A stretch of DNA of 64,000 bases from Nitrososphaeria archaeon (GTDB lineage: Archaea > Thermoproteota > Nitrososphaeria > Geothermarchaeales > JDFR-13), in contig JALWXN010000001.1 in NCBI GenBank assembly GCA_027078545.1, positions 1 through 64,000 of the forward strand, given 5' to 3'. The position numbers and the translations under genes are program-made. The notes beneath the pieces are model-generated. The model saw only the letters and a list, made by a program, of their open reading frames with translations. It searched no databases and was not told where the DNA came from. Positions 12,619 through 21,871 of the stretch are shown piece after piece. Positions within the stretch are counted from its first letter, which is position 1, and each line of letters opens with the position of its first letter.

Positions 12619-13785
12619 GTGCCTCCGATGGAGTTTGTCTTTGAGGGTGTTAGGTGGGGATGTGGTGCGGATAGGCTCCTCAGGGGTGCCGTGCTCTATG
12701 TAGGTAGGTATCGCAGCGACTTTGTCGGTGAGGTTTTCAGCGCTTCAGGTGGTATGGTCCTCCATGATCCACGGGGTGTCTATAAGGGTGGCTTGGTGCT
12801 TGAGTATGGCCTCGATATACGTCTAGACCTCCTTATGAGGCCCGAGCTGCTGATGAATAGCCTTTACAGCCTTGTGAGGAGTCTGGGTATGAAGCTGCAG
12901 TACTGGGTGATGGTTCTCCCAGTACTGGTTGGGGATGTTAGGAGGGAGTATGACGACCCATCACTATATACGCTCTACGAGGTGGCTGGTGAGAGGGCTG
13001 AGGAGAGTGGTGGGGTTGAGAAGGCTGGCTATGTGGAGCTGCATAGGCTCCTGGGTATGGTGGCCCAGTATACGGATGGGCGTGTCTTGGAGCCCCCAGC
13101 AGAGCAGGTCTCGCTACCGAGTGATGAGTCTATCGTGGTTAGGTACTCGGGCTGTGGTCCCTGGGCTAGGCTGGTTATACCACAACTTGTCTTCAGCCTG
13201 CTGCTTGGGGATGGGGCTGGACAGATATTGATGGATGGTGACACCCTCCTAAAGGGTTATGACAACGTACTCTGGAGGCTTAGTGAGTATCGGGTTCTAG
13301 TCCATAGCAATAGGCTTGATCATAGGGTGATACCCTTCTTCGACGTCGTTGTGACTGAGCAGGGCCTTGCCAGGCTGGGGGAGATATATGCATACTCTGC
13401 CGACCAGTCGTACCCTACTAGATATGTGGCGTGGGATGGGGATGCCATTGTCGGGGTTGAGCCGGCCTACTCTGAGGGTGAGTCCCCTATAGAGCGTGGC
13501 CCAGCATACCCCGAGACCCCTGGGACTGGGGCTGAGTCTGACTATCTAGAGCTGTATAGGGATATCGTTGCCAGGATCCTTGGGATAATATCGGGCTATG
13601 GTGAGCTGACTGCAGACGGTGTCTATATCCATATGCCTGGTGTGGAGAGGAGGCTTGTCTATAGCCTGCTAGAGAGGCTGTGGAGGGATGGCTACCTCAG
13701 GCGTGAGGTGGGGCGCTCCAGGCCTGTATATAGGCTGACCGCTAAGGGCGTGGGTCTCCTTAGGGAGGTGGAGGGTGATGAGTAG
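12619..13785 (+). CDS. Hypothetical protein: degenerate HerA/FtsK-like fold plus C-terminal winged helix
   Basis: VLHDPRGVY resembles HerA DPxGEY; no GKT/S; QILMDGD at a Walker-B-like position; LLERLWRDGYLRRE..YRLTAKG winged helix. Confidence 0.5.
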   Translation: MPPMEFVFEGVRWGCGADRLLRGAVLYVGRYRSDFVGEVFSASGGMVLHDPRGVYKGGLVLEYGLDIRLDLLMRPELLMNSLYSLVRSLGMKLQYWVMVLPVLVGDVRREYDDPSLYTLYEVAGERAEESGGVEKAGYVELHRLLGMVAQYTDGRVLEPPAEQVSLPSDESIVVRYSGCGPWARLVIPQLVFSLLLGDGAGQILMDGDTLLKGYDNVLWRLSEYRVLVHSNRLDHRVIPFFDVVVTEQGLARLGEIYAYSADQSYPTRYVAWDGDAIVGVEPAYSEGESPIERGPAYPETPGTGAESDYLELYRDIVARILGIISGYGELTADGVYIHMPGVERRLVYSLLERLWRDGYLRREVGRSRPVYRLTAKGVGLLREVEGDE

Positions 13786-14758
13786 GAGGCTACTTATAAA
13801 CTCTATCCCCAGGCTTAATGAGGTCTTCATGGGTGGAGTAGCGCCTTCCAGCATGATACATATCTATGGTAGGTACCAGACTGGTAAGAGCTTATTGGCT
13901 CTACAGATCCTCTATGAATGGGTCTCCAGTGGGTTCGGCTCAGCATTGGTGCTCGACTCTGAGCATAGCTTCTACAACAACTTCTCCAAGACGTGGATGG
14001 AGCGCTTTGCAAAGAGGTTCGGTGTAGGGGTGGAGATGGTTAGGCTCTCGAAGGAGAAGTATAGGGTGCAGGGTGATAAGAAGCGCTACCTAAACGATAT
14101 CAGAAACGTTATGATGGACGTCTTCCAGGAGTTGGGGATGGAGGTTGATGAGACCTATCTAAGGAGGGTTCTCGAATACCTGCTCCCACAGGTGGAGCTT
14201 AGGCCGGAGAAGACTGTCGATCGCGCTATATATGTGTATGAGGTCTCAGGCGTGGAAGAGTTGGCGGAGCTCCTCGGCATGAAGAGTAGCGTCAAGGTGG
14301 GTAGTAAGAAGATCGAGGCCTCCATGGATAGGACGACCGATCTTGAGACATCTCCCCTCGCCAACTTCATAAGGAGTGCTGGTGTGAAGTTCATACTCCT
14401 CGACAGCCTGGGCGGCCTCATGAAGAACTATATCTTCCATCTACAGGACTTCCCCACTAGGGCGGCGATACTGAACGTGATGCTTCACTCACTGGGTACG
14501 CTGGCCTCTAGCCACGGCCTGATAATATTCGTGTCGAACCATGAGTCTAGGAACCCGACGACGAACTACCACTCCTTCTACGGCGGCTCAGCGGTGGGCT
14601 ATGGCTTCAAGTATGTGCTCTACATGAGGCTGGAGAGGGATGGTTATCGGGAGGTTATTGGGTATAGGGCTCCCCACATGCCTGAGGCTGGGTGGAGGCT
14701 CAGGCTCCGGCTTGATGAGAGGGGGTTTACACAGGATGTGGATGGGGAGGCTGATTAA
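13775..14758 (+). CDS. RadA/Rad51 paralog (RecA-superfamily ATPase) lacking the N-terminal HhH domain, with an insertion
   Basis: LNEVFMGGV, Walker A GRYQTGKS, LDSEHSF, Walker B ILLDSLGG, SNH, GGSAVGY, APHMPE..ERGF. Confidence 0.8.
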   Translation: MMSRRLLINSIPRLNEVFMGGVAPSSMIHIYGRYQTGKSLLALQILYEWVSSGFGSALVLDSEHSFYNNFSKTWMERFAKRFGVGVEMVRLSKEKYRVQGDKKRYLNDIRNVMMDVFQELGMEVDETYLRRVLEYLLPQVELRPEKTVDRAIYVYEVSGVEELAELLGMKSSVKVGSKKIEASMDRTTDLETSPLANFIRSAGVKFILLDSLGGLMKNYIFHLQDFPTRAAILNVMLHSLGTLASSHGLIIFVSNHESRNPTTNYHSFYGGSAVGYGFKYVLYMRLERDGYREVIGYRAPHMPEAGWRLRLRLDERGFTQDVDGEAD

Positions 14759-15032
14759 GGTAGTTGCTGCCGGCTACATGGCGTCCATGGCCATCAGCCT
14801 GGTCTCTGACCTGGCTGCCGCGATGCTCTTCATCATTGCTCTGCTCAGCTCACCCATACTCGTCCATCGATACCCCGGTATGATGAGGACTACCACGATA
14901 TACGTCCTCCTAGGCGCGTTTATAGCGCTTCTGATCGAGGTTCCCCCAGCGATGATCCTCGTCCTACTGATCATCTACTTCTTCAGGAGGGAGGTGATGA
15001 TTCTTTGGCGCCTACTGACCTTAGGGAGCTGA
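14742..15032 (+). CDS. Small hydrophobic membrane protein
   Basis: About 96 aa with 3-4 hydrophobic stretches; overlaps both neighbours; start uncertain (14736 or 14742). Confidence 0.6.
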   Translation: MGRLIKVVAAGYMASMAISLVSDLAAAMLFIIALLSSPILVHRYPGMMRTTTIYVLLGAFIALLIEVPPAMILVLLIIYFFRREVMILWRLLTLGS

Positions 15033-15637
15033 TCAATGGAGAGCCTAGGCTTGTAGCGGTGCTGGATAGGCCTCCATACATCGTTACAGAGGGGGTGGAG
15101 GAACTCTTGGACGGGTATAAAGTGCTTGTGAGGAACGGTGCCTATAACGGGCTCGGGGTCATGGCTGTGGGGAGGGGTGTCGCCTCCCCTCTATATACGC
15201 CTTCACAGCATGTCTATGACAAGCTGAGGGGTGGGATACTGGTTAGGGCAGTACTTAGGGACCCCACCGCACTGTTGGATGGTGAGGGGGAGGCTCAGCT
15301 CCTTGTAAGTGGTGTGGAGACTGATCCGGTGACACTCTCGAACTACGTGGTGCCGGTGATGGTGGATAGGGACTATCTACTGGGCCTGATCGAGAGGGCT
15401 GGGAAGATACTAGTCAGGGGTAGGCCCTACAGCAGGGGATCAATAACACTCGTCAAGGAGTATGGATATCCAATAGAGGAGTTGTTTAGGCTGTATGGTG
15501 GATGTCCATTAACGCTATACCTGGGGGGTAATAGGCTTAGGATCGGGTCTACGAGGAGGTGTAGCCTATTGATTGGGGATCCACAACCTCCCTACGTCAC
15601 GATCGATAATGGTCTCAGGATTGTTTGGAGGCTGTAA
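15005..15637 (+). CDS. Hypothetical protein
   Basis: 210-aa ORF with host-like codon usage, upstream GGAGGTGA RBS, followed by a T-tract. Confidence 0.7.
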   Translation: MAPTDLRELINGEPRLVAVLDRPPYIVTEGVEELLDGYKVLVRNGAYNGLGVMAVGRGVASPLYTPSQHVYDKLRGGILVRAVLRDPTALLDGEGEAQLLVSGVETDPVTLSNYVVPVMVDRDYLLGLIERAGKILVRGRPYSRGSITLVKEYGYPIEELFRLYGGCPLTLYLGGNRLRIGSTRRCSLLIGDPQPPYVTIDNGLRIVWRL

Positions 15638-15677
15638 CCCCCCATTTTTTAGTTATGATTGGGGATGACACTATTTT

Positions 15678-16382
15678 ATGCTCCCCCTCAGAGACATAAA
15701 TCCCAGTGAGACTAGGCCGGTAGTTACAAAGTCCCTAATCGCTCTGAATGTCGCGATATTCTTCCTAACATTCTTCAGGGAGGATTATCCCCTCATAGTG
15801 GATCAGTGGGGGTTTAAGCCTATATACCTCTTCACCGGTGAGAGGCTGGAGACGCTGATTACCTCCATGTTTCTACATGGGGATCTACACCACCTACTGG
15901 GTAACATGCTCTTCCTATGGATCTTCGGTGATAATGTGGAGGACGCCCTTGGCCATCTCAACTATCTAGTGTTCTACATCTCATCAGGCATAGCAGCGGC
16001 TATAACCCAGAGCCTAGTCCCTGGTAATCCCTATATACCTATGATAGGTGCCTCAGGGGCGATCTCAGGTGTTCTGGGGATGTACATCATCTTCTTCCCC
16101 TTCGCCAGGATAGTGACAGCCGTGTTCTACTTCTTCGTCATGATCTATGAGATCCCAGCTATACACTACATATGGTTCTGGTTCGTCATCCAGTTCCTCT
16201 ATGGAATGGTCTCCATATTCAGGCCCGCGGGCTTCGGGGTCGCCTATTGGGCCCATATAGGCGGCTTTGTCTTCGGGGTTGTGCTGGGCTTACTGCTTAA
16301 GAATATTGGTAGGGTGAGGCTGAGGACTGAGAGGTATAGGGAGCTGATAGCATATCGGGGATACCGCTGGAGGGGATATTGA
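15678..16382 (+). CDS. Rhomboid intramembrane serine protease
   Basis: HLLGNM, GASG, AHIGG catalytic motifs. Confidence 0.95.
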   Translation: MLPLRDINPSETRPVVTKSLIALNVAIFFLTFFREDYPLIVDQWGFKPIYLFTGERLETLITSMFLHGDLHHLLGNMLFLWIFGDNVEDALGHLNYLVFYISSGIAAAITQSLVPGNPYIPMIGASGAISGVLGMYIIFFPFARIVTAVFYFFVMIYEIPAIHYIWFWFVIQFLYGMVSIFRPAGFGVAYWAHIGGFVFGVVLGLLLKNIGRVRLRTERYRELIAYRGYRWRGY

Positions 16383-16420
16383 CACCGTTAATACAGTGGA
16401 TGTGTCAATAATATAGATTC

Positions 16421-16912
16421 ATGAGCAACGGAGGCGGTAAGACCCGTAAGATAATGGATACTACAGCTGACGAGACTGGAGTGGCCAGGGTAATCTATGG
16501 CAGGATAGGGAAGGATAGAGACGTTATTCCAGAGCTGGAGAAGATTGCTAAGAAGTTCGGAATAGGTGGGGGTAGCATAGTGTTACTCGGCGCCCTATCC
16601 AAGGCAAGACTTGGATACTACGATATGGAGAGAAAGAAGTATGAGGAGTTGCGCCTAGAGTCTAATGGTCTCCTCGAGATGGTTGGTAACGGCTTTATAG
16701 CTATGTATAATGGTGTTCCTGTGATCCACATCCATGTGTCTCTTGGTGACGAGTGCTCCTCGTATACGGGTCACATGATGGGGGAGGGTAATATTGTCGG
16801 CGCTGTGGTGGAGTACACCATCTTTGTATTTGAGGATGAGGTTACCAAGGTTGATGACGAAGATAGTGGGTTGAAGATTATTGAGGGTTCGCAGTTTGAT
16901 GCTGAGGAGTAG
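16421..16912 (+). CDS. PPC/DUF296 domain protein
   Basis: LGALSKARLGYY, IHIHVSLGD..GH. Confidence 0.85.
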   Translation: MSNGGGKTRKIMDTTADETGVARVIYGRIGKDRDVIPELEKIAKKFGIGGGSIVLLGALSKARLGYYDMERKKYEELRLESNGLLEMVGNGFIAMYNGVPVIHIHVSLGDECSSYTGHMMGEGNIVGAVVEYTIFVFEDEVTKVDDEDSGLKIIEGSQFDAEE

Positions 16913-16930
16913 TGGCTCGGGGAATTTACT

Positions 16931-17770
16931 ATGGATTCGCTGATAATTGGTGGCTATACATATGACGTGATAGTCTCTGGTGAGGTGCAGAGGTTTGGTG
17001 TGGGTGGGCCTCCCCATTATGCGGGGTTGGCGGCCCAGCGGCTTGGCGATGACTATGCTGTTCTATCCCCTGTGGGTATGGATTTCGATCTCTCTATGGC
17101 TCTTGGGCCCAGCATAACGTTCCTAGACATGGATTCCCGGAGGAGGAACCTTCGCTTCACAAATATCTATGGAGGTGATGCGAGGAGGCAGGAGGTCGAT
17201 GGAGGCGGCTATGTACTAGACCCGGTCTATGCCAAGAGGATAGCCTCCCTAGTCTCCCCCGGCTTCATCATAGTCTCCCCAGTCTTGGGTGAGGTGCCCC
17301 CCACGGTTCCAGCCTCCCTCTCAGGAGTGTTCCCCGTAGCGATTGATCTCCAGGGCTTCGCCAGGCGTGTGGATGGCGGTAGAGTTGTAGAGGGCGGGTC
17401 ACTAGAGGGGTTGAGGAGTGCCAGGTTCTCGGTGGTTAAGGCATCTGTTGAGGATGTCTCTAGCCCCCCGTGGGAGCTGGGTATTGAGGCTGATGTCTAT
17501 CTCTACACCTCTGGTGGGGATGTGTTCAAGGTAGTGACTAGGGATGGGGTCTATATGGTCTCCCCATATAGGGTGGATGCACCAGACCCAACGGGTGTGG
17601 GTGACTACTTCCTATACGTCTTCAGCCACTACCTCCTCAAGCTGGGCTATAAGCCTGTTGAGGCCGCTGCATATGCCGCTGCATATGCAGCCTCCTTCCT
17701 AGATCCAGGTGTAGATGTCGAGTCTGCTTATAGGAGTATAATTGGAACGGTCTCCAAGGCCTCTGGCTAG
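16931..17770 (+). CDS. PfkB-family carbohydrate kinase
   Basis: GGPPHY, IDLQG, DPTGVGDYF anion-hole motif. Confidence 0.82.
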   Translation: MDSLIIGGYTYDVIVSGEVQRFGVGGPPHYAGLAAQRLGDDYAVLSPVGMDFDLSMALGPSITFLDMDSRRRNLRFTNIYGGDARRQEVDGGGYVLDPVYAKRIASLVSPGFIIVSPVLGEVPPTVPASLSGVFPVAIDLQGFARRVDGGRVVEGGSLEGLRSARFSVVKASVEDVSSPPWELGIEADVYLYTSGGDVFKVVTRDGVYMVSPYRVDAPDPTGVGDYFLYVFSHYLLKLGYKPVEAAAYAAAYAASFLDPGVDVESAYRSIIGTVSKASG

Positions 17771-18693
17771 TCTACATCTTTGCTGGTTAGTGGTTCTGCG
17801 TCGTAGCCTAGGCCGCGTAGCTCCTCCGCCAGTCTAGATGCATAGCCATAGATCGTGTATACCTTCCTGGGCCCCACCTCCTCAACAACCTTGATGAGGC
17901 TGTTGAAGTCTGGGTGGTCGCTCATGGCTATCCCCTTCCTAGACCTTATCATGAAGCCTGAGACCCTGGCCTCAACTGTCTCGTAGCCGTTGCTGGGTAG
18001 GCTAAGGGCCTCGTTACCAGCAGCCACTACTACGTAGGGCTCGTCACTAGGGGCTTCTCCCCCGTATAGGAGGCCGTCTAGGCCTAGTACCTCACTGTAT
18101 ATCCTGTTGTACCTCGCCACCCTTGGGCTGACATATAGATTCTTCACGTTCCTGAGTAGGTGGGTGATTATCTGGGGCTTTCCAAGTGGGTGGGCCCTTA
18201 GGACTATATTGACTCCTCTGATCATGTTCCTAGATACGAATCGTATAAGCCTGGCGACCTGCTCGTCGAAGCCTCCGAAGACGTATCTAGGGTCTCCATA
18301 GGTAGCCTCTATTATGAGTATCTCTGCCTGGGGAGGCCTGAACCCGTCGAGGAATATCCTCTTAGACGTGTTTATATCCCCTGTGTAGAGGATCTTCCCG
18401 CCTATTAGGAAGGAGCGGGAGCCTAGTATGTGGCCCGCGTCGAATACCTCTACGTCCCTAATGCTCTCCACCACGTTTCTATACCTGTATCCCCTGGCCC
18501 CTGCCAGGAGGAGGGTCTCCTTGGAGGCTAGTACCCTACCCCTTGGCCTATGGGGTAGGTGGTCTATATGGGCGTGGGATATGAGGTTGTAGTCGGCCCC
18601 CACCCTCGAGGGGACCTTGTCGAGAGCATATTTAACGCCTTGATACTCTACTAGTATCCCCCCGCCCACCCTCCTTATCGATAGGTTGGCCAT
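17767..18693 (-). CDS. Metallo-beta-lactamase/beta-CASP-like nuclease
   Basis: SHAHIDH, AGHILGS, YTGD, EATYG, LGKPQ, SDHPDF. Confidence 0.85.
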   Translation of the reverse strand: MANLSIRRVGGGILVEYQGVKYALDKVPSRVGADYNLISHAHIDHLPHRPRGRVLASKETLLLAGARGYRYRNVVESIRDVEVFDAGHILGSRSFLIGGKILYTGDINTSKRIFLDGFRPPQAEILIIEATYGDPRYVFGGFDEQVARLIRFVSRNMIRGVNIVLRAHPLGKPQIITHLLRNVKNLYVSPRVARYNRIYSEVLGLDGLLYGGEAPSDEPYVVVAAGNEALSLPSNGYETVEARVSGFMIRSRKGIAMSDHPDFNSLIKVVEEVGPRKVYTIYGYASRLAEELRGLGYDAEPLTSKDVD

Positions 18694-18758
18694 CCCCGCT
18701 CAAGTTAAAATAATTTGTATGGCGGGAAATTTTATGGTCATTGGGTGGGGTGTAGGGT

Positions 18759-19976
18759 TTGACCACGATTAAGATTGGTATAATAGGTAAGACAAACACT
18801 GGTAAGACAACCTTCTTCAACGCTGCAACCCTTCTAAATGCTGAGGTCCAGCCATACCCCTTCACCACGAAGGAGCCTAATACGGGTATTGCACATGTAT
18901 CGTCGCCATGTGTCTGCCGAGAGTTCAACGTGAAGGATGAGCCTAGGAACAGTATATGTATAAATGGGTTCCGCTTCTACCCTGTGGTGCTGCATGACTT
19001 GCCGGGCCTGATAAAGGGTTCGCATCTGGGGAAGGGGCTTGGAAACAGGTTCTTGACTGTTGCTGGGCAGTCCGACGCCCTCCTACACATTGTCGACGCC
19101 TCTGGGAGTATTGATGCCGAGGGTAATATCGTTGAGCCTGGGTATGGAGACCCGCTGGGGGACTACTATGATATTGAGGAGGAGCTGGTGCTCTGGTACC
19201 ATAAGATCATAGAGGGTAATAGGAGTACCATCGAGAAGTATGAGAAGACCATGGGTATTGTGGAGGCCCTCTACATAGTGCTCAGTGGGATCAAGGTTAG
19301 TAGGGAGCATATTGAGAGGTCCCTCGCATTGACTGGGCTCCAGGATAAGCCCTTCGCCGACTGGACTGATGATGAGAGTAGAAACTTCGCCTATACAATT
19401 AGGGAGATCTCTAAGCCGACGGTGGTTGTGGCTAACAAGATAGACTTGGAGGGTGCGGAGGAGAACTATCTGAGGCTTAGTAATAATCTTAAGGATGTGG
19501 TTGTTATCCCGGCCTCCGCCGACTCTGAACTTGCTTTGAGGAGGGCTCAGCAGAAGGGGCTCGTCGAGTATGTACCCGGTACTGAGGAGTTCAAGGTTGT
19601 GAAGCCTGACCTCCTCAGTGAGAAGCAGAAGAGGGCTCTGGAGTATATGGAGCGCTTCGTGTTCTCGAAGATCATGAGGACTGGTGTCCAGTTCGCCCTG
19701 AACACCCTGGTGTTCAAGGTGATGGGCTACAAGTTTGTATATCCTGTGGAGGATGTTGAGAGGCTCAGTGATAGGAGGGGCCGTGTACTGCCCGATGTTT
19801 TCCTCCTCCCCCGTGACGCTACTCTGGTGGATCTGGCGAATGCTATTCATAGCGATCTGCCGAAGTATCTCCTCTACGGGATAGATGTCAGGACTGGTAT
19901 CAAGCTTCCCAAGGACTATATCCTGCATGACAGGGATGTGATCCACCTAGTCCTGGCTAGGCGGAGGGGTAGATGA
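18759..19976 (+). CDS. ychF: YchF/OBG-family translation-associated NTPase with TGS domain
   Basis: GKTNTGKTT, YPFTT, DLPGL, GLGNRFL, NKID, IHSDL. Confidence 0.9.
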   Translation: MTTIKIGIIGKTNTGKTTFFNAATLLNAEVQPYPFTTKEPNTGIAHVSSPCVCREFNVKDEPRNSICINGFRFYPVVLHDLPGLIKGSHLGKGLGNRFLTVAGQSDALLHIVDASGSIDAEGNIVEPGYGDPLGDYYDIEEELVLWYHKIIEGNRSTIEKYEKTMGIVEALYIVLSGIKVSREHIERSLALTGLQDKPFADWTDDESRNFAYTIREISKPTVVVANKIDLEGAEENYLRLSNNLKDVVVIPASADSELALRRAQQKGLVEYVPGTEEFKVVKPDLLSEKQKRALEYMERFVFSKIMRTGVQFALNTLVFKVMGYKFVYPVEDVERLSDRRGRVLPDVFLLPRDATLVDLANAIHSDLPKYLLYGIDVRTGIKLPKDYILHDRDVIHLVLARRRGR

Positions 19977-20896
19977 AGATAGTATATGTTGGTGAGGAGC
20001 TCTTCAGATATGGCTTCCCACCACCCCACCCCCTCAATAGTCGGAGATATATACCTTTCATCAGGGCTGTGGAGGCACTGATGGGTAAGGAGGGGGTCGT
20101 GTTTAGGAGGCCTCCTAGGAGGGGTGAGGAGGTCCTCCTCCGGTTCCATAGGAGGGAGTATGTCGAGACTGTTAGGGAGGCTTCTGAGAGGGGTTATGGA
20201 CTGCTTGACCGTGGGGATACCCCGGCTTATAAGGGTGTCTTCGAGGTGGCCCTTGAAAGTGTATATGCCACTCTAGACGGTGTCCTGAGTACACTGGATG
20301 GCGGTGTGGCTGTTAATATTGCTGGTGGGTGGCACCACGCCTTCCCGGATAGGGCCTCGGGCTTCTGTATATTCAACGATATCGGGGTGGCGATTGAGAG
20401 TATTAGGGATCGTGTAGACAGGGTTATGTATATCGATATTGATGCCCATCATGGTGACGGGGTGTATTATCCCTATGAGGCTGACCCACAAGTCTATATT
20501 TTCGATGTCCACCAGGATCCTACCACCCTTTTCCCAGGGACGGGTTTTGAGTGGGAGCGTGGTAAGGGGGAGGCTGAGGGCACGAAGATTAATGTGGCGC
20601 TGCCCCCGGGTAGTGGTGGCGGGCCTCTGAGGAGGGCTGTTGATAAGTGTGTCTCCTGGATGGATGAGGTTTCTCCGGACTATATTATTCTCCAGGCGGG
20701 TATGGATGGTGTTGTGGGTGACCCCCTTACCCAGCTCGACTATCCTCTGGGGGACTATCTCTATGCGGTGGAGAGGATCCTTAGATACGCTGTGGATAGG
20801 GGTGTCGGTATAGTGATGCTGGGTGGGGGAGGGTATCAGCCGGAGCTCTTCGGGACTGTATGGGGAGGTATACTGATCCGCCTCTATACGGTGTAG
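19973..20896 (+). CDS. Histone deacetylase/AcuC-family deacetylase
   Basis: GGWHHA, SGFCIFND, DIDAHHGDG, DPL, GGGGY. Confidence 0.92.
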   Translation: MKIVYVGEELFRYGFPPPHPLNSRRYIPFIRAVEALMGKEGVVFRRPPRRGEEVLLRFHRREYVETVREASERGYGLLDRGDTPAYKGVFEVALESVYATLDGVLSTLDGGVAVNIAGGWHHAFPDRASGFCIFNDIGVAIESIRDRVDRVMYIDIDAHHGDGVYYPYEADPQVYIFDVHQDPTTLFPGTGFEWERGKGEAEGTKINVALPPGSGGGPLRRAVDKCVSWMDEVSPDYIILQAGMDGVVGDPLTQLDYPLGDYLYAVERILRYAVDRGVGIVMLGGGGYQPELFGTVWGGILIRLYTV

Positions 20897-21871
20897 GTGG
20901 TGGATAGCATTATCAGGATGCTGAAGGAGTCTTCGGGTAAGGCCCATATAGATGTCTATAGGCATGGAGGCTTCATCACCCGTATCGTCTTCGAGCTCCC
21001 CCATCACCTCGTCAGTAAGGTTGGTTGGGTGGACTTCCTCGTCGAGGATATCGACCTAGACCTGGTCTCCCATGTTGAGAAGGTCGTCCTCAGACGTCTA
21101 TGGGGATTTAGACCCGTAGTGCTGGGGCTTGTCACACTCTTCAATCTCGAGAGGCCCATGGTACCGGGTGATAGGCTTGGAGTCAGCCTGATAGATGATA
21201 CTCCCCTGGAGTATAGGGTGGCTGGGTACTCTCCCCTAGTCGATATTGGATACTCCTACTCGAGGGTGATGCCGAGTAGGTGGAGGCCGGGCTTCACCTG
21301 TCTGGATGAGCCCCCATATCTTGGTCTGGGTATCAGGTATCTAAACTATCCGGCATCGCTGATCGATGTAGATCTCCTCACCAGGCTTGGGGATGGGTTG
21401 GTTCTACTCCCGCCGAACCCGTTTGGCCTTGTCGAGACCCCTGTGGAGATGCTTGGTGGTGATGTGGAGGTTGGTGAGGCTGGTGGGGAGGTTGTGGAGA
21501 AGTATGCCAGGGTGTTGGGTGAGCTCGGCGTGGATACTGGGCTTCTAGTCCCAGTCATATATGGTGGGGATCAAGTCCTACGTGCAACCCTGATCCTGGT
21601 CTCTGGTGGGACGGCCCATCCGGTGGGGCTTGTCTATGAGGAGGGTGGATATGTGGTTGATCTCTCCTATGGATATAGAGGGTCTAAGCCGGTGGTGGTG
21701 TTTAAATGGGTGTGGAGGGATCCGCCTATGGATGGAGATGTCTTCACGGTTAACCTGGGTGTGGGTAGGTATCCCCCTCCTGCCCATCAATATGTAGAGT
21801 ATTGGCGGGGTGGGAGGCTCCTATGGTCATCCTCGTCTAGACGTGGATTGGTGGATCTGGTTCTATGGTAG
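20897..21871 (+). CDS. Hypothetical protein
   Basis: 324-aa ORF abutting the deacetylase; no recognised motif. Confidence 0.65.
   Translation: MVDSIIRMLKESSGKAHIDVYRHGGFITRIVFELPHHLVSKVGWVDFLVEDIDLDLVSHVEKVVLRRLWGFRPVVLGLVTLFNLERPMVPGDRLGVSLIDDTPLEYRVAGYSPLVDIGYSYSRVMPSRWRPGFTCLDEPPYLGLGIRYLNYPASLIDVDLLTRLGDGLVLLPPNPFGLVETPVEMLGGDVEVGEAGGEVVEKYARVLGELGVDTGLLVPVIYGGDQVLRATLILVSGGTAHPVGLVYEEGGYVVDLSYGYRGSKPVVVFKWVWRDPPMDGDVFTVNLGVGRYPPPAHQYVEYWRGGRLLWSSSSRRGLVDLVLW

Noticed and set aside
17663-17688. 12-nt tandem repeat GCCGCTGCATAT
   Set aside because: Two copies encoding AAAY-AAAY in a helix of the PfkB kinase; trivial
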